Shown here: in pieces, positions 35,164-51,523 of the stretch
Layout of the letters: each line of letters begins with the position of its first letter
Position numbering within the stretch: position 1 is the first letter of the stretch
Source of the DNA: Haliotis cracherodii
Lineage: Eukaryota
Direction: 5' to 3'
Assembly (NCBI RefSeq): GCF_022045235.1
Contig: NW_027266265.1
Span: 36,704,001-36,768,000, forward strand
Length of the DNA: 64,000 bases
Translations under genes and position numbers: made by a program
Notes under the pieces: generated by a model
Databases searched by the model: none
Seen by the model: the letters and a program-made list of their open reading frames with translations, nothing else
What the model was told of the DNA's origin: nothing

Positions 35164-38100
35164 GTTATTATCACCTGCAGTGTGATGCTGGCTATTTACG
35201 TATTTTCTCAAACCAATGGAATTGGTTCAATAAAATCTTGTCATATTTATTTACGCCTTGAAATTTGTTTGAAAATCTTAATCTGAATTGAATGTTCACA
35301 ATGGAAGAGTGATCTATGTTTCTCCATATTGTAAACTGTGGACATAGTACGTGTTGTCGACCAATATCCAAGCACACTTCAATGATATTGCGTTTTACTG
35401 CTAGCTGAGATATCAACTACTGAAATGTGCTATTAAGTTCCTGAGGAAACCGGACATGATGATAAGAGGAGGGATTTTATGCTTGATATATCTCCCACAA
35501 AATGTCACTTACCCGAGTTCATGTTTCACGGAATATATGATTTGGGCTGCCAGAAAAGGGTTTGATAGCCATTTAAGTACCATAATATCTTGAATTGGCT
35601 GTCTGTATTTCAATTTGCATTTTAAAAACATGCAGCGAAACAAATAAGCAGGCGTGTCAATTTTTGTCAAAGCAGTCATTGACGATATCAAGGGGTAGAC
35701 AGTGTGCACTGTATTGAAATGCAAATGTGTGCGCTGTCCTTGAAAATGAGCGATAGTTGTATTCAGAATACAATCTACATGTTGTTATGGCTCTTTGTAT
35801 AAGTAATATCTGAGCTGCTGCAATAAAACAAACCCGAAAGCCATAGTGATGTAGAGCATCAAAACAAATGTTGCAAGATTCTTACTGCTTGGTTAGAAGG
35901 GAATGCAAACAGTTGGAATTTCCATGACAATAACATATCTTTACAGTTTATCAATTACACAAACAAAACGATTGAATTCAAAAGTAACTATTAAATACGC
36001 TTGTCCGGGTATAGCTTATCAACCTACAAATTATTTGTAATTTCCATCAAACATGTACTTCTTGATTTGATGATGCAATTTAACATTTTGCATACTGCTT
36101 ATGTAATTAATAGGAGAAGTATCTATATAGATATTTAGTTGTGTGTTTACTAACCACCTTCCCTGTAGGTGCTATTTGAAAAATACATATTGATTAAATC
36201 AGACCGCGAATTTGAAGATTCCGAACTGGATTGGTAGGATTGAAGATTACAATGAACAAACAAATAGCTAATATATCCCTATTGTTTGACTACAAAGCAA
36301 AAGTGACAATCATTTATCAATACAAAGGAGATTGCATTTGGTAACTGTAGAGAGTGAAATTCAGCGGAATAAATAGTCCAACTTTAAAGCGTGTCATAAG
36401 TCTTTATAACAACAACCAGACTGTAAAAACAAGTCGTTTGATCATGTCTATCTTTGAAAACACCTTTGTGTTATACTTTAAGAGCATTTTCTTCTGAAAA
36501 CACACGTCTTTACTTTTAGATGTACGGTTTTTCTGGGCAACCCTTATATAGTTACACATTGTCAAACTGATTTGCGCATGTTTTATTCTTGGTAAGAGTT
36601 TTGGTCTAAACACGCCTTAAAAGAACACAATAATCACTATCACTACTGCTTCATCATGTCAAGGGCATACGTAAATGGTAGAGACGATTTATATACTTTC
36701 TTCTAATGTTTACGACCTAATACATTTTAGCACAATCTTGCCTTTTACACCCAATGAAATCTGTTTCAGCAGATAATCGAGCTTGAATATTCTCTGGCGT
36801 TGACGATTTATGTAGTTAAAGGGTCATCACTGAATGATTATTATATCAATATTCAGGCGTTATCTATAGAAATTGAGATATCAAATTTAGTGATGCTCGT
36901 ATTATCACAAATTCCTTGATAATGAAGCGTACAATTATCAAGATAATATGTTGAAGATAAGAGAGTTTTCTCAAGAAACGCAGTTGCAAATAAACGCCAC
37001 AAAACCCTTTTCAGAATCATTCGAAAGCTGTGCTCGAAGCAGCAGAGGCCATTGTACGATTCCGACTATAATGATCACAAGCATGTGCGTATGAATGACT
37101 ATCAGATAGTGGAGTAGAATAGGTCTTCAGCAACCCATGCTTGCCGTAAAAGGTGGATATATATGCTTGTCGTAAAAGGCGTCTAACGGGATCGGGTGGT
37201 CAGGCTCGCTGACTTGATTGATGCATGTCATCGATCCCAATTGCGTGGATCGATGCTAATGATTTTAATCACTGGATTGTCTGGTCCAGACTCGATTATT
37301 TACAGACCGCCGTCATATAGCTGGAATATTGTTGAGTGCGGCGTTAAACAACCAACCAACCAACTAACCAACCAGATAGTGATGATACCTGGCGGTTGCC
37401 AAAAAGTAAGCGTATCCTTCCTCATCGGTTCCACCGTCACAAACACATATAAAGACAAGTCAACAAAGACCACAAAACAAGCTGTTGTTCATATGTCAAT
37501 CATGTTTTCAGAAGACATTGGTGTACTTTCGGCTTTTAACAGATACTACACGCATAAAAAGATGTTGTGAGTTTTCATAGTGACAGTCCCTTTGTGAGAA
37601 GAAACCAATATATGTCCCTTTCAGTTAGGAAATAAAGCTGTTGTAGTTTATAGTTAATGTGCAGTAAGATAAATAAAATTCGGGGAGAATAATGTAGTAT
37701 CTGGGGACTTCTGCAGTATATTCAGCAGAGGCTATTTTCTTGTGAGCAGGCTGCTGTATTACACGGAAACGGTTAGCATAGTTGACCCCGTGTGGTACAG
37801 TGCTACTGCTGTACTGTGGCGAGGCTGTACTGGTGTGTTGCGTCAGTTTTCTGGTCTCTTGTTATGTCGTATCACACAGATGCATTATAATGTCTGATGT
37901 ATGTTGCTCCCACATCATATATTTACTGGATACACACTTTTCAGACCGTTATCGAATATTTACTTAATAAAGGTTAAAGTGAGTGAGTGAGTATGGTTTT
38001 ACGCCGCTTTTAGCAATATTCCAGCAATATTACGTCGGGGGACATCAGCAATGGGCTTCACACATTGTACCCATGTCGGAAATCGAACCCGTGTCTTCGG

Positions 38101-38797
38101 CGTAACGAGCGAACGCTTTAACCACTAGGCTATCCGACCGCCCCTAAATGATATAGGTTAAACGTTGAGTATCGAGGACTGTTTGAAATGCAGTTAGACG
38201 ATTCCAGAGAGAGTGTCTCTGTTTGCCACCTTTATATACGTTGTCTTGTACTTCCTTAATCGATGTTCATGAATACCAGCTCGCATGTGTACCCGTAGGG
38301 TGATAACCTCGGGCCCTTTGATGCGAAAAGAATGCTTACTTTACACCATTAAGCTGAGGTGCGTTACTTACCTGGAAGTGGCCAGCCCAAGGTAAATCAA
38401 TCACGTATAATTCACAAATGGTATATATAAAGGACGGGGGAAACTGTTCCATCATCTCTTATCTTCACCTTCCGTTGAGACACAGATACGAGTAAAGACC
38501 AAACTGCAAGTACTATTTTAAGCTTTGCTTGTGATATATATGTATACTTTTAATTTTTGATTCATCTGCTGCGCATCTGGCTGCTTTTAACCTTCATGTT
38601 GAGCCAATTTATAAAAGTACGAATATGTAACATAAAACGTTCTTGTAAATTGGGAAATATATGAATGCGGGTGAAATTAAAACTGATAACATAATTCACA
38701 ATGAGTGGTGTGAACTGAATTTACCAGATGAGTAACGATAACATGCTATTTTACCTTTCTTGACAATGATTTTCACGTTACTCAATAGATACTCAAA

Positions 38798-39405
38798 ATG
38801 ATGAAGATAGTCGCCGCTCTTGTTGCCTGCCTGGCTGTTACCGCCTTTGCCGAGCCTACCGGTCTGTATGGTGGAATTGGCGGGTTGAAAGGAGGACTGG
38901 GCGGAATTGGCTACGGAATGGGTGGATTGTACGGAGGCCTTGGAGGTCTTGGAGGCTATGGAGGTCTGTACGGAGGCATGGGAGGTCTATACGGAGGCAT
39001 GGGAGGTCTATACGGAGGCATGGGAGGTCTATACGGAGGCAAATACGGATACGGCATGGGAGGTCTGTACGGAGGACTTGGAGGCTATGGTGGTCTCTAC
39101 GGAATGGGAGGATACGGAATTGGATTGGGAAAAGGTATTTCACAAAATATGATATCGTTTGTTTATCGTATCCGTAAATATACCTCCAGTCTCGTTTGCA
39201 AAATTGTATAATTTACCTATGTGGTATTACTATTTTCCGCGACAAAGCTGATGACATTTACAAAACATCTTTAAAACTATTCTCTGCTTTCTCTAATATT
39301 TGGTATAATTTATCATGCAGCTAGTTTCAAGACTTCGTTGTGACTTATCCATACATCCCAACTTTATTCTACTATTTTTTTGTTTCAGGTATCGGCTATT
39401 ATTGA
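38798..39405 (+). CDS. Secreted Gly/Tyr-rich GGLY-repeat protein, copy 8
   Basis: Same structure as copy 2; intact. Confidence 0.88.
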
Positions 39406-42400
39406 GTTATTATCACCTGCAGTGTGATGCTGGCTATTTATGTATTTTCTCAAACCAATGGAATTGGTTCAATAAAATCTTGTCATATTTATTTACGCCT
39501 TGAAATTTGTTTGAAAATCTTAATCTGAATTGAATGTTCACAATGGAAGAGTGATCTATGTTTCTCCATATTGTAAACTGTGGACATAGTACGTGTTGTC
39601 GACCAATATCCAAGCACACTTCAATGATATTGCGTTTTACTGCTAGCTGAGATATCAACTACTGAAATGTGCTATTAAGTTCCTGAGGAAACCGGACATG
39701 ATGATAAGAGGAGGGATTTTATGCTTGATATATCTCCCACAAAATGTCACTTACCCGAGTTCATGTTTCACGGAATATATCATTTGGGCTGCCAGAAAAG
39801 GGTTTGATAGCCATTTAAGTACCATAATATCTTGAATTGGCTGTCTGTATTTCAATTTGCATTTTAAAAATATGCAGCGAAACAAATAAGCAGGCGTGTC
39901 AATTTTTGTCAAAGCAGTCATTGACGATATCAAGGGGTAGACAGTGTGCACTGTATTGAAATGCAAATGTGTGCGCTGTCCTTGAAAATGAGCGATAGTT
40001 GTATTCAGAATACAATCTACATGTTGTTATGGCTCTTTGTATAAGTAATATCTGAGCTGCTGCAATAAAACAAACCCGAAAGCCATAGTGATGTAGAGCA
40101 TCAAAACAAATGTTGCAAGATTCTTACTGCTTGGTTAGAAGGGAATGCAAACAGTTGGAATTTCCATGACAATAACATATCTTTACAGTTTATCAATTAC
40201 ACAAACAAAACGATTGAATTCAAAAGTAACTATTAAATACGCTTGTCCGGGTATAGCTTATCAACCTACGAATTATTTGTAATTTCCATCAAACATGTAC
40301 TTCTTGATTTGATGATGCAATTTAACATTTTGCATACTGCTTATGTAATTAATAGGAGAAGTATCTATATAGATATTTAGTTGTGTGTTTACTAACCACC
40401 TTCCCTGTAGGTGCTATTTGAAAAATACATATTGATTAAATCAGACCGCGAATTTGAAGATTCCGAACTGGATTGGTAGGATTGAAGATTACAATGAACA
40501 AACAAATAGCTAATATATCCCTATTGTTTGACTACAAAGCAAAAGTGACAATCATTTATCAATACAAAGGAGATTGCATTTGGTAACTGTAGAGAGTGAA
40601 ATTCAGCGGAATAAATAGTCCAACTTTAAAGCGTGTCATAAGTCTTTATAACAACAACCAGACTGTAAAAACAAGTCGTTTGATCATGTCTATCTTTGAA
40701 AACACCTTTGTGTTATACTTTAAGAGCATTTTCTTCTGAAAACACACGTCTTTACTTTTAGATGTACGGTTTTTCTGGGCAACCCTTATATAGTTACACA
40801 TTGTCAAACTGATTTGCGCATGTTTTATTCTTGGTAAGAGTTTTGGTCTAAACACGCCTTAAAAGAACACAATAATCACTATCATTACTGCTTCATCATG
40901 TCAAGGGCATACGTAAATGGTAGAGACGATTTATATACTTTCTTCTAATGTTTACGACCTAATACATTTTAGCACAATCTTGCCTTTTACACCCAATGAA
41001 ATCTGTTTCAGCAGATAATCGAGCCTGAATATTCTCTGGCGTTGACGATTTATGTAGTTAAAGGGTCATCACTGAATGATTATTATATCAATATTCAGGC
41101 GTTATCTATAGAAATTGAGATATCAATTTTAGTGATGCTCGTATTATCACAACTTCCTTGATAATGAAGTGTACAATTATCAAGATAATATGTTGAAGAT
41201 AAGAGAGTTTTCTCAAGAAACGCAGTTGCAAATAAACGCCACAAAACCCTTTTCAGAATCATTCGAAAGCTGTGCTCGAAGCAGCAGAGGCCATTGTACG
41301 ATTCCGACTATAATGATCACAAGCATGTGCGTATGAATGACTATCAGATAGTGGAGTAGAATAGGTCTTCAGCAACCCATGCTTGCCGTAAAAGGTGGAT
41401 ATATATGCTTGTCGTAAAAGGCGTCTAACGGGATCGGGTGGTCAGGCTCGCTGACTTGATTGATGCATGTCATCGATCCCAATTGCGTGGATCGATGCTA
41501 ATGATTTTAATCACTGGATTGTCTGGTCCAGACTCGATTATTTACAGACCGCCGTCATATAGCTGGAATATTGTTGAGTGCGGCGTTAAACAACCAACCA
41601 ACCAACTAACCAACCAGATAGTGATGATACCTGGCGGTTGCCAAAAAGTAAGCGTATCCTTCCTCATCGGTTCCACCGTCACAAACACATATAAAGACAA
41701 GTCAACAAAGACCACAAAACAAGCTGTTGTTCATATGTCAATCATGTTTTCAGAAGACATTGGTGTACTTTCGGCTTTTAACAGATACTACACGCATAAA
41801 AAGATGTTGTGAGTTTTCATAGTGACAGTCCCTTTGTGAGAAGAAACCAATATATGTCCCTTTCAGTTAGGAAATAAAGCTGTTGTAGTTTATAGTTAAT
41901 GTGCAGTAAGATAAATAAAATTCGGGGAGAATAATGTAGTATCTGGGGACTTCTGCAGTATATTCAGCAGAGGCTATTTTCTTGTGAGCAGGCTGCTGTA
42001 TTACACGGAAACGGTTAGCATAGTTGACCCCGTGTGGTACAAAGCTACTGCAGTACTGTGGCGAGGCTGTACTGGTGTGTTGCGTCAGTTTTCTGGTCTC
42101 TTGTTATGTCGTATCACACAGATGCATTATAATGTCTGATGTATGTTGCTCCCACATCATATATTTACTGGATACACACTTTTCAGACCGTTATCGAATA
42201 TTTACTTAATAAAGGTTAAAGTGAGTGAGTGAGTATGGTTTTACGCCGCTTTTAGCAATATTCCAGCAATATTACGTCGGGGGACATCAGCAATGGGCTT
42301 CACACATTGTACCCATGTCGGAAATCGAACCCGTGTCTTCGGCGTAACGAGCGAACGCTTTAACCACTAGGCTACCCGACCGCCCCTAAATGATATAGGT

Positions 42401-43039
42401 TAAACGTTGAGTATCGAGGACTGTTTGAAATGCAGTTAGACGATTCCAGAGAGAGTGTCTCTGTTTGCCACCTTTATATACGTTGTCTTGTACTTCCTTA
42501 ATCGATGTTCATGAATACCAGCTCGCATGTGTACCCGTAGGGTGATAACCTCGGGCCCTTTGATGCGAAAAGAATGCTTACTTTACACCATTAAGCTGAG
42601 GTGCGTTACTTACCTGGAAGTGGCCAGCCCAAGGTAAATCAATCACGTATAATTCACAAATGGTATATATAAAGGACGGGGGAAACTGTTCCATCATCTC
42701 TTATCTTCACCTTCCGTTGAGACACAGATACGAGTAAAGACCAAACTGCAAGTACTATTTTAAGCTTTGCTTGTGATATATATGTATACTTTTAATTTTT
42801 GATTCATCTGCTGCGCATCTGGCTGCTTTTAACCTTTATGTTGAGCCAATTTATAAAAGTACGAATATGTAACATAAAACGTTCTTGTAAATTGGGAAAT
42901 ATATGAATGCGGGTGAAATTAAAACTGATAACATAATTCACAATGAGTGGTGTGAACTGAATTTACCAGATGAGTAACGATAACATGCTATTTTACCTTT
43001 CTTGACAATGATTTTCACGTTACTCAATAGATACTCAAA

Positions 43040-43647
43040 ATGATGAAGATAGTCGCCGCTCTTGTTGCCTGCCTGGCTGTTACCGCCTTTGCCGAGCCTA
43101 CCGGTCTGTATGGTGGAATTGGCGGGTTGAAAGGAGGACTGGGCGGAATTGGCTACGGAATGGGTGGATTGTACGGAGGCCTTGGAGGTCTTGGAGGCTA
43201 TGGAGGTCTGTACGGAGGCATGGGAGGTCTATACGGAGGCATGGGAGGTCTATACGGAGGCATGGGAGGTCTATACGGAGGCAAATACGGATACGGCATG
43301 GGAGGTCTGTACGGAGGACTTGGAGGCTATGGTGGTCTCTACGGAATGGGAGGATACGGAATTGGATTGGGAAAAGGTATTTCACAAAATATGATATCGT
43401 TTGTTTATCGTATCCGTAAATATACCTCCAGTCTCGTTTGCAAAATTGTATAATTTACCTATGTGGTATTACTATTTTCCGCGACAAAGCTGATGACATT
43501 TACAAAACATCTTTAAAACTATTCTCTGCTTTCTCTAATATTTGGTATAATTTATCATGCAGCTAGTTTCAAGACTTCGTTGTGACTTATCCATACATCC
43601 CAACTTTATTCTACTATTTTTTTGTTTCAGGTATCGGCTATTATTGA
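43040..43647 (+). CDS. Secreted Gly/Tyr-rich GGLY-repeat protein, copy 9
   Basis: Same structure as copy 2; intact. Confidence 0.88.
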
Positions 43648-46600
43648 GTTATTATCACCTGCAGTGTGATGCTGGCTATTTATGTATTTTCTCAAACCAA
43701 TGGAATTGGTTCAATAAAATCTTGTCATATTTATTTACGCCTTGAAATTTGTTTGAAAATCTTAATCTGAATTGAATGTTCACAATGGAAGAGTGATCTA
43801 TGTTTCTCCATATTGTAAACTGTGGACATAGTACGTGTTGTCGACCAATATCCAAGCACACTTCAATGATATTGCGTTTTACTGCTAGCTGAGATATCAA
43901 CTACTGAAATGTGCTATTAAGTTCCTGAGGAAACCGGACATGATGATAAGAGGAGGGATTTTATGCTTGATATATCTCCCACAAAATGTCACTTACCCGA
44001 GTTCATGTTTCACGGAATATATCATTTGGGCTGCCAGAAAAGGGTTTGATAGCCATTTAAGTACCATAATATCTTGAATTGGCTGTCTGTATTTCAATTT
44101 GCATTTTAAAAATATGCAGCGAAACAAATAAGCAGGCGTGTCAATTTTTGTCAAAGCAGTCATTGACGATATCAAGGGGTAGACAGTGTGCACTGTATTG
44201 AAATGCAAATGTGTGCGCTGTCCTTGAAAATGAGCGATAGTTGTATTCAGAATACAATCTACATGTTGTTATGGCTCTTTGTATAAGTAATATCTGAGCT
44301 GCTGCAATAAAACAAACCCGAAAGCCATAGTGATGTAGAGCATCAAAACAAATGTTGCAAGATTCTTACTGCTTGGTTAGAAGGGAATGCAAACAGTTGG
44401 AATTTCCATGACAATAACATATCTTTACAGTTTATCAATTACACAAACAAAACGATTGAATTCAAAAGTAACTATTAAATACGCTTGTCCGGGTATAGCT
44501 TATCAACCTACGAATTATTTGTAATTTCCATCAAACATGTACTTCTTGATTTGATGATGCAATTTAACATTTTGCATACTGCTTATGTAATTAATAGGAG
44601 AAGTATCTATATAGATATTTAGTTGTGTGTTTACTAACCACCTTCCCTGTAGGTTCTATTTGAAAAATACATATTGATTAAATCAGACCGCGAATTTGAA
44701 GATTCCGAACTGGATTGGTAGGATTGAAGATTACAATGAACAAACAAATAGCTAATATATCCCTATTGTTTGACTACAAAGCAAAAGTGACAATCATTTA
44801 TCAATACAAAGGAGATTGCATTTGGTAACTGTAGAGAGTGAAATTCAGCGGAATAAATAGTCCAACTTTAAAGCGTGTCATAAGTCTTTATAACAACAAC
44901 CAGACTGTAAAAACAAGTCGTTTGATCATGTCTATCTTTGAAAACACCTTTGTGTTATACTTTAAGAGCATTTTCTTCTGAAAACACACGTCTTTACTTT
45001 TAGATGTACGGTTTTTCTGGGCAACCCTTATATAGTTACACATTGTCAAACTGTTTTGCGCATGTTTTATTCTTGGTAAGAGTTTTGGTCTAAACACGCC
45101 TTAAAAGAACACAATAATCACTATCACTACTGCTTCATCATGTCAAGGGCATACGTAAATGGTAGAGACGATTTATATACTTTCTTCTAATGTTTACGAC
45201 CTAATACATTTTAGCACAATCTTGCCTTTTACACCCAATGAAATCCGTTTCAGCAGATAATCGAGCCTGAATATTCTCTGGCGTTGACGATTTATGTAGT
45301 TAAAGGGTCATCACTGAATGATTATTATATCAATATTCAGGCGTTATCTAGAGAAATTGAGATATCAAATTTAGTGATGCTCGTATTATCACAACTTCCT
45401 TGATAATGAAGCGTACAATTATCAAGATAATATGTTGAAGATAAGAGAGTTTTCTCAAGAAACGCAGTTGCAAATAAACGCCACAAAACCCTTTTCAGAA
45501 TCATTCGAAAGCTGTGCTCGAAGCAGCAGAGGCCATTGTACGATTCCGACTATAATGATCACAAGCATGTGCGTATGAATGACTATCAGATAGTGGAGTA
45601 GAATAGGTCTTCAGCAACCCATGCTTGCCGTAAAAGGTGGATATATATGCTTGTCGTAAAAGGCGTCTAACGGGATCGGGTGGTCAGGCTCGCTGACTTG
45701 ATTGATGCATGTCATCGATCCCAATTGCGTGGATCGATGCTAATGATTTTAATCACTGGATTGTCTGGTCCAGACTCGATTATTTACAGACCGCCGTCAT
45801 ATAGCTGGAATATTGTTGAGTGCGGCGTTAAACAACCAACCAACCAACTAACCAACCAGATAGTGATGATACCTGGCGGTTGCCAAAAAGTAAGCGTATC
45901 CTTCCTCATCGGTTCCACCGTCACAAACACATATAAAGACAAGTCAACAAAGACCACAAAACAAGCTGTTGTTCATATGTCAATCATGTTTTCAGAAGAC
46001 ATTGGTGTACTTTCGGCTTTTAACAGATACTACACGCATAAAAAGATGTTGTGAGTTTTCATAGTGACAGTCCCTTTGTGAGAAGAAACCAATATATGTC
46101 CCTTTCAGTTAGGAAATAAAGCTGTTGTAGTTTATAGTTAATGTGCAGTAAGATAAATAAAATTCGGGGAGAATAATGTAGTATCTGGGGACTTCTGCAG
46201 TATATTCGGCAGAGGCTATTTTCTTGTGAGCAGGCTGCTGTATTACACGGAAACGGTTAGCATAGTTGACCCCGTGTGGTACAGTGCTACTGCTGTACTG
46301 TGGCGAGGCTGTACTGGTGTGTTGCGTCAGTTTTCTGGTCTCTTGTTATGTCGTATCACACAGATGCATTATAATGTCTGATGTATGTTGCTCCCACATC
46401 ATATATTTACTGGATACACACTTTTCAGACCGTTATCGAATATTTACTTAATAAAGGTTAAAGTGAGTGAGTGAGTATGGTTTTACGCCGCTTTTAGCAA
46501 TATTCCAGCAATATTACGTCGGGGGACATCAGCAATGGGCTTCACACATTGTACCCATGTCGGAAATCGAACCCGTGTCTTCGGCGTAACGAGCGAACGC

Positions 46601-47281
46601 TTTAACCACTAGGCTACCCGACCGCCCCTAAATGATATAGGTTAAACGTTGAGTATCGAGGACTGTTTGAAATGCAGTTAGACGATTCCAGAGAGAGTGT
46701 CTCTGTTTGCCACCTTTATATACGTTGTCTTGTACTTCCTTAATCGATGTTCATGAATACCAGCTCGCATGTGTACCCGTAGGGTGATAACCTCGGGCCC
46801 TTTGATGCGAAAAGAATGCTTACTTTACACCATTAAGCTGAGGTGCGTTACTTACCTGGAAGTGGCCAGCCCAAGGTAAATCAATCACGTATAATTCACA
46901 AATGGTATATATAAAGGACGGGGGAAACTGTTCCATCATCTCTTATCTTCACCTTCCGTTGAGACACAGATACGAGTAAAGACCAAACTGCAAGTACTAT
47001 TTTAAGCTTTGCTTGTGATATATATGTATACTTTTAATTTTTGATTCATCTGCTGCGCATCTGGCTGCTTTTAACCTTCATGTTGAGCCAATTTATAAAA
47101 GTACGAATATGTAACATAAAACGTTCTTGTAAATTGGGAAATATATGAATGCGGGTGAAATTAAAACTGATAACATAATTCACAATGAGTGGTGTGAACT
47201 GAATTTACCAGATGAGTAACGATAACATGCTATTTTACCTTTCTTGACAATGATTTTCACGTTACTCAATAGATACTCAAA

Positions 47282-47889
47282 ATGATGAAGATAGTCGCCG
47301 CTCTTGTTGCCTGCCTGGCTGTTACCGCCTTTGCCGAGCCTACCGGTCTGTATGGTGGAATTGGCGGGTTGAAAGGAGGACTGGGCGGAATTGGCTACGG
47401 AATGGGTGGATTGTACGGAGGCCTTGGAGGTCTTGGAGGCTATGGAGGTCTGTACGGAGGCATGGGAGGTCTATACGGAGGCATGGGAGGTCTATACGGA
47501 GGCATGGGAGGTCTATACGGAGGCAAATACGGATACGGCATGGGAGGTCTGTACGGAGGACTTGGAGGCTATGGTGGTCTCTACGGAATGGGAGGATACG
47601 GAATTGGATTGGGAAAAGGTATTTCACAAAATATGATATCGTTTGTTTATCGTATCCGTAAATATACCTCCAGTCTCGTTTGCAAAATTGTATAATTTAC
47701 CTATGTGGTATTACTATTTTCCGCGACAAAGCTGATGACATTTACAAAACATCTTTAAAACTATTCTCTGCTTTCTCTAATATTTGGTATAATTTATCAT
47801 GCAGCTAGTTTCAAGACTTCGTTGTGACTTATCCATACATCCCAACTTTATTCTACTATTTTTTTGTTTCAGGTATCGGCTATTATTGA
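47282..47889 (+). CDS. Secreted Gly/Tyr-rich GGLY-repeat protein, copy 10
   Basis: Same structure as copy 2; intact. Confidence 0.88.
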
Positions 47890-50800
47890 GTTATTATCAC
47901 CTGCAGTGTGATGCTGGCTATTTATGTATTTTCTCAAACCAATGGAATTGGTTCAATAAAATCTTGTCATATTTATTTACGCCTTGAAATTTGTTTGAAA
48001 ATCTTAATCTGAATTGAATGTTCACAATGGAAGAGTGATCTATGTTTCTCCATATTGTAAACTGTGGACATAGTACGTGTTGTCGACCAATATCCAAGCA
48101 CACTTCAATGATATTGCGTTTTACTGCTAGCTGAGATATCAACTACTGAAATGTGCTATTAAGTTCCTGAGGAAACCGGACATGATGATAAGAGGAGGGA
48201 TTTTATGCTTGATATATCTCCCACAAAATGTCACTTACCCGAGTTCATGTTTCACGGAATATATCATTTGGGCTGCCAGAAAAGGGTTTGATAGCCATTT
48301 AAGTACCATAATATCTTGAATTGGCTGTCTGTATTTCAATTTGCATTTTAAAAATATGCAGCGAAACAAATAAGCAGGCGTGTCAATTTTTGTCAAAGCA
48401 GTCATTGACGATATCAAGGGGTAGACAGTGTGCACTGTATTGAAATGCAAATGTGTGCGCTGTCCTTGAAAATGAGCGATAGTTGTATTCAGAATACAAT
48501 CTACATGTTGTTATGGCTCTTTGTATAAGTAATATCTGAGCTGCTGCAATAAAACAAACCCGAAAGCCATAGTGATGTAGAGCATCAAAACAAATGTTGC
48601 AAGATTCTTACTGCTTGGTTAGAAGGGAATGCAAACAGTTGGAATTTCCATGACAATAACATATCTTTACAGTTTATCAATTACACAAACAAAACGATTG
48701 AATTCAAAAGTAACTATTAAATACGCTTGTCCGGGTATAGCTTATCAACCTACGAATTATTTGTAATTTCCATCAAACATGTACTTCTTGATTTGATGAT
48801 GCAATTTAACATTTTGCATACTGCTTATGTAATTAATAGGAGAAGTATCTATATAGATATTTAGTTGTGTGTTTACTAACCACCTTCCCTGTAGGTTCTA
48901 TTTGAAAAATACATATTGATTAAATCAGACCGCGAATTTGAAGATTCCGAACTGGATTGGTAGGATTGAAGATTACAATGAACAAACAAATAGCTAATAT
49001 ATCCCTATTGTTTGACTACAAAGCAAAAGTGACAATCATTTATCAATACAAAGGAGATTGCATTTGGTAACTGTAGAGAGTGAAATTCAGCGGAATAAAT
49101 AGTCCAACTTTAAAGCGTGTCATAAGTCTTTATAACAACAACCAGACTGTAAAAACAAGTCGTTTGATCATGTCTATCTTTGAAAACACCTTTGTGTTAT
49201 ACTTTAAGAGCATTTTCTTCTGAAAACACACGTCTTTACTTTTAGATGTACGGTTTTTCTGGGCAACCCTTATATAGTTACACATTGTCAAACTGATTTG
49301 CGCATGTTTTATTCTTGGTAAGAGTTTTGGTCTAAACACGCCTTAAAAGAACACAATAATCACTATCACTACTGCTTCATCATGTCAAGGGCATACGTAA
49401 ATGGTAGAGACGATTTATATACTTTCTTCTAATGTTTACGACCTAATACATTTTAGCACAATCTTGCCTTTTACACCCAATGAAATCCGTTTCAGCAGAT
49501 AATCGAGCCTGAATATTCTCTGGCGTTGACGATTTATGTAGTTAAAGGGTCATCACTGAATGATTATTATATCAATATTCAGGCGTTATCTATAGAAATT
49601 GAGATATCAAATTTAGTGATGCTCGTATTATCACAAATTCCTTGATAATGAAGCGTACAATTATCAAGATAATATGTTGAAGATAAGAGAGTTTTCTCAA
49701 GAAACGCAGTTGCAAATAAACGCCACAAAACCCTTTTCAGAATCATTCGAAAGCTGTGCTCGAAGCAGCAGAGGCCATTGTACGATTCCGACTATAATGA
49801 TCACAAGCATGTGCGTATGAATGACTATCAGATAGTGGAGTAGAATAGGTCTTCAGCAACCCATGCTTGCCGTAAAAGGTGGATATATATGCTTGTCGTA
49901 AAAGGCGTCTAACGGGATCGGGTGGTCAGGCTCGCTGACTTGATTGATGCATGTCATCGATCCCAATTGCGTGGATCGATGCTAATGATTTTAATCACTG
50001 GATTGTCTGGTCCAGACTCGATTATTTACAGACCGCCGTCATATAGCTGGAATATTGTTGAGTGCGGCGTTAAACAACCAACCAACCAACTAACCAACCA
50101 GATAGTGATGATACCTGGCGGTTGCCAAAAAGTAAGCGTATCCTTCCTCATCGGTTCCACCGTCACAAACACATATAAAGACAAGTCAACAAAGACCACA
50201 AAACAAGCTGTTGTTCATATGTCAATCATGTTTTCAGAAGACATTGGTGTACTTTCGGCTTTTAACAGATACTACACGCATAAAAAGATGTTGTGAGTTT
50301 TCATAGTGACAGTCCCTTTGTGAGAAGAAACCAATATATGTCCCTTTCAGTTAGGAAATAAAGCTGTTGTAGTTTATAGTTAATGTGCAGTAAGATAAAT
50401 AAAATTCGGGGAGAATAATGTAGTATCTGGGGACTTCTGCAGTATATTCGGCAGAGGCTATTTTCTTGTGAGCAGGCTGCTGTATTACACGGAAACGGTT
50501 AGCATAGTTGACCCCGTGTGGTACAGTGCTACTGCTGTACTGTGGCGAGGCTGTACTGGTGTGTTGCGTCAGTTTTCTGGTCTCTTGTTATGTCGTATCA
50601 CACAGATGCATTATAATGTCTGATGTATGTTGCTCCCACATCATATATTTACTGGATACACACTTTTCAGACCGTTATCGAATATTTACTTAATAAAGGT
50701 TAAAGTGAGTGAGTGAGTATGGTTTTACGCCGCTTTTAGCAATATTCCAGCAATATTACGTCGGGGGACATCAGCAATGGGCTTCACACATTGTACCCAT

Positions 50801-51523
50801 GTCGGAAATCGAACCCGTGTCTTCGGCGTAACGAGCGAACGCTTTAACCACTAGGCTACCCGACCGCCCCTAAATGATATAGGTTAAACGTTGAGTATCG
50901 AGGACTGTTTGAAATGCAGTTAGACGATTCCAGAGAGAGTGTCTCTGTTTGCCACCTTTATATACGTTGTCTTGTACTTCCTTAATCGATGTTCATGAAT
51001 ACCAGCTCGCATGTGTACCCGTAGGGTGATAACCTCGGGCCCTTTGATGCGAAAAGAATGCTTACTTTACACCATTAAGCTGAGGTGCGTTACTTACCTG
51101 GAAGTGGCCAGCCCAAGGTAAATCAATCACGTATAATTCACAAATGGTATATATAAAGGACGGGGGAAACTGTTCCATCATCTCTTATCTTCACCTTCCG
51201 TTGAGACACAGATACGAGTAAAGACCAAACTGCAAGTACTATTTTAAGCTTTGCTTGTGATATATATGTATACTTTTAATTTTTGATTCATCTGCTGCGC
51301 ATCTGGCTGCTTTTAACCTTCATGTTGAGCCAATTTATAAAAGTACGAATATGTAACATAAAACGTTCTTGTAAATTGGGAAATATATGAATGCGGGTGA
51401 AATTAAAACTGATAACATAATTCACAATGAGTGGTGTGAACTGAATTTACCAGATGAGTAACGATAACATGCTATTTTACCTTTCTTGACAATGATTTTC
51501 ACGTTACTCAATAGATACTCAAA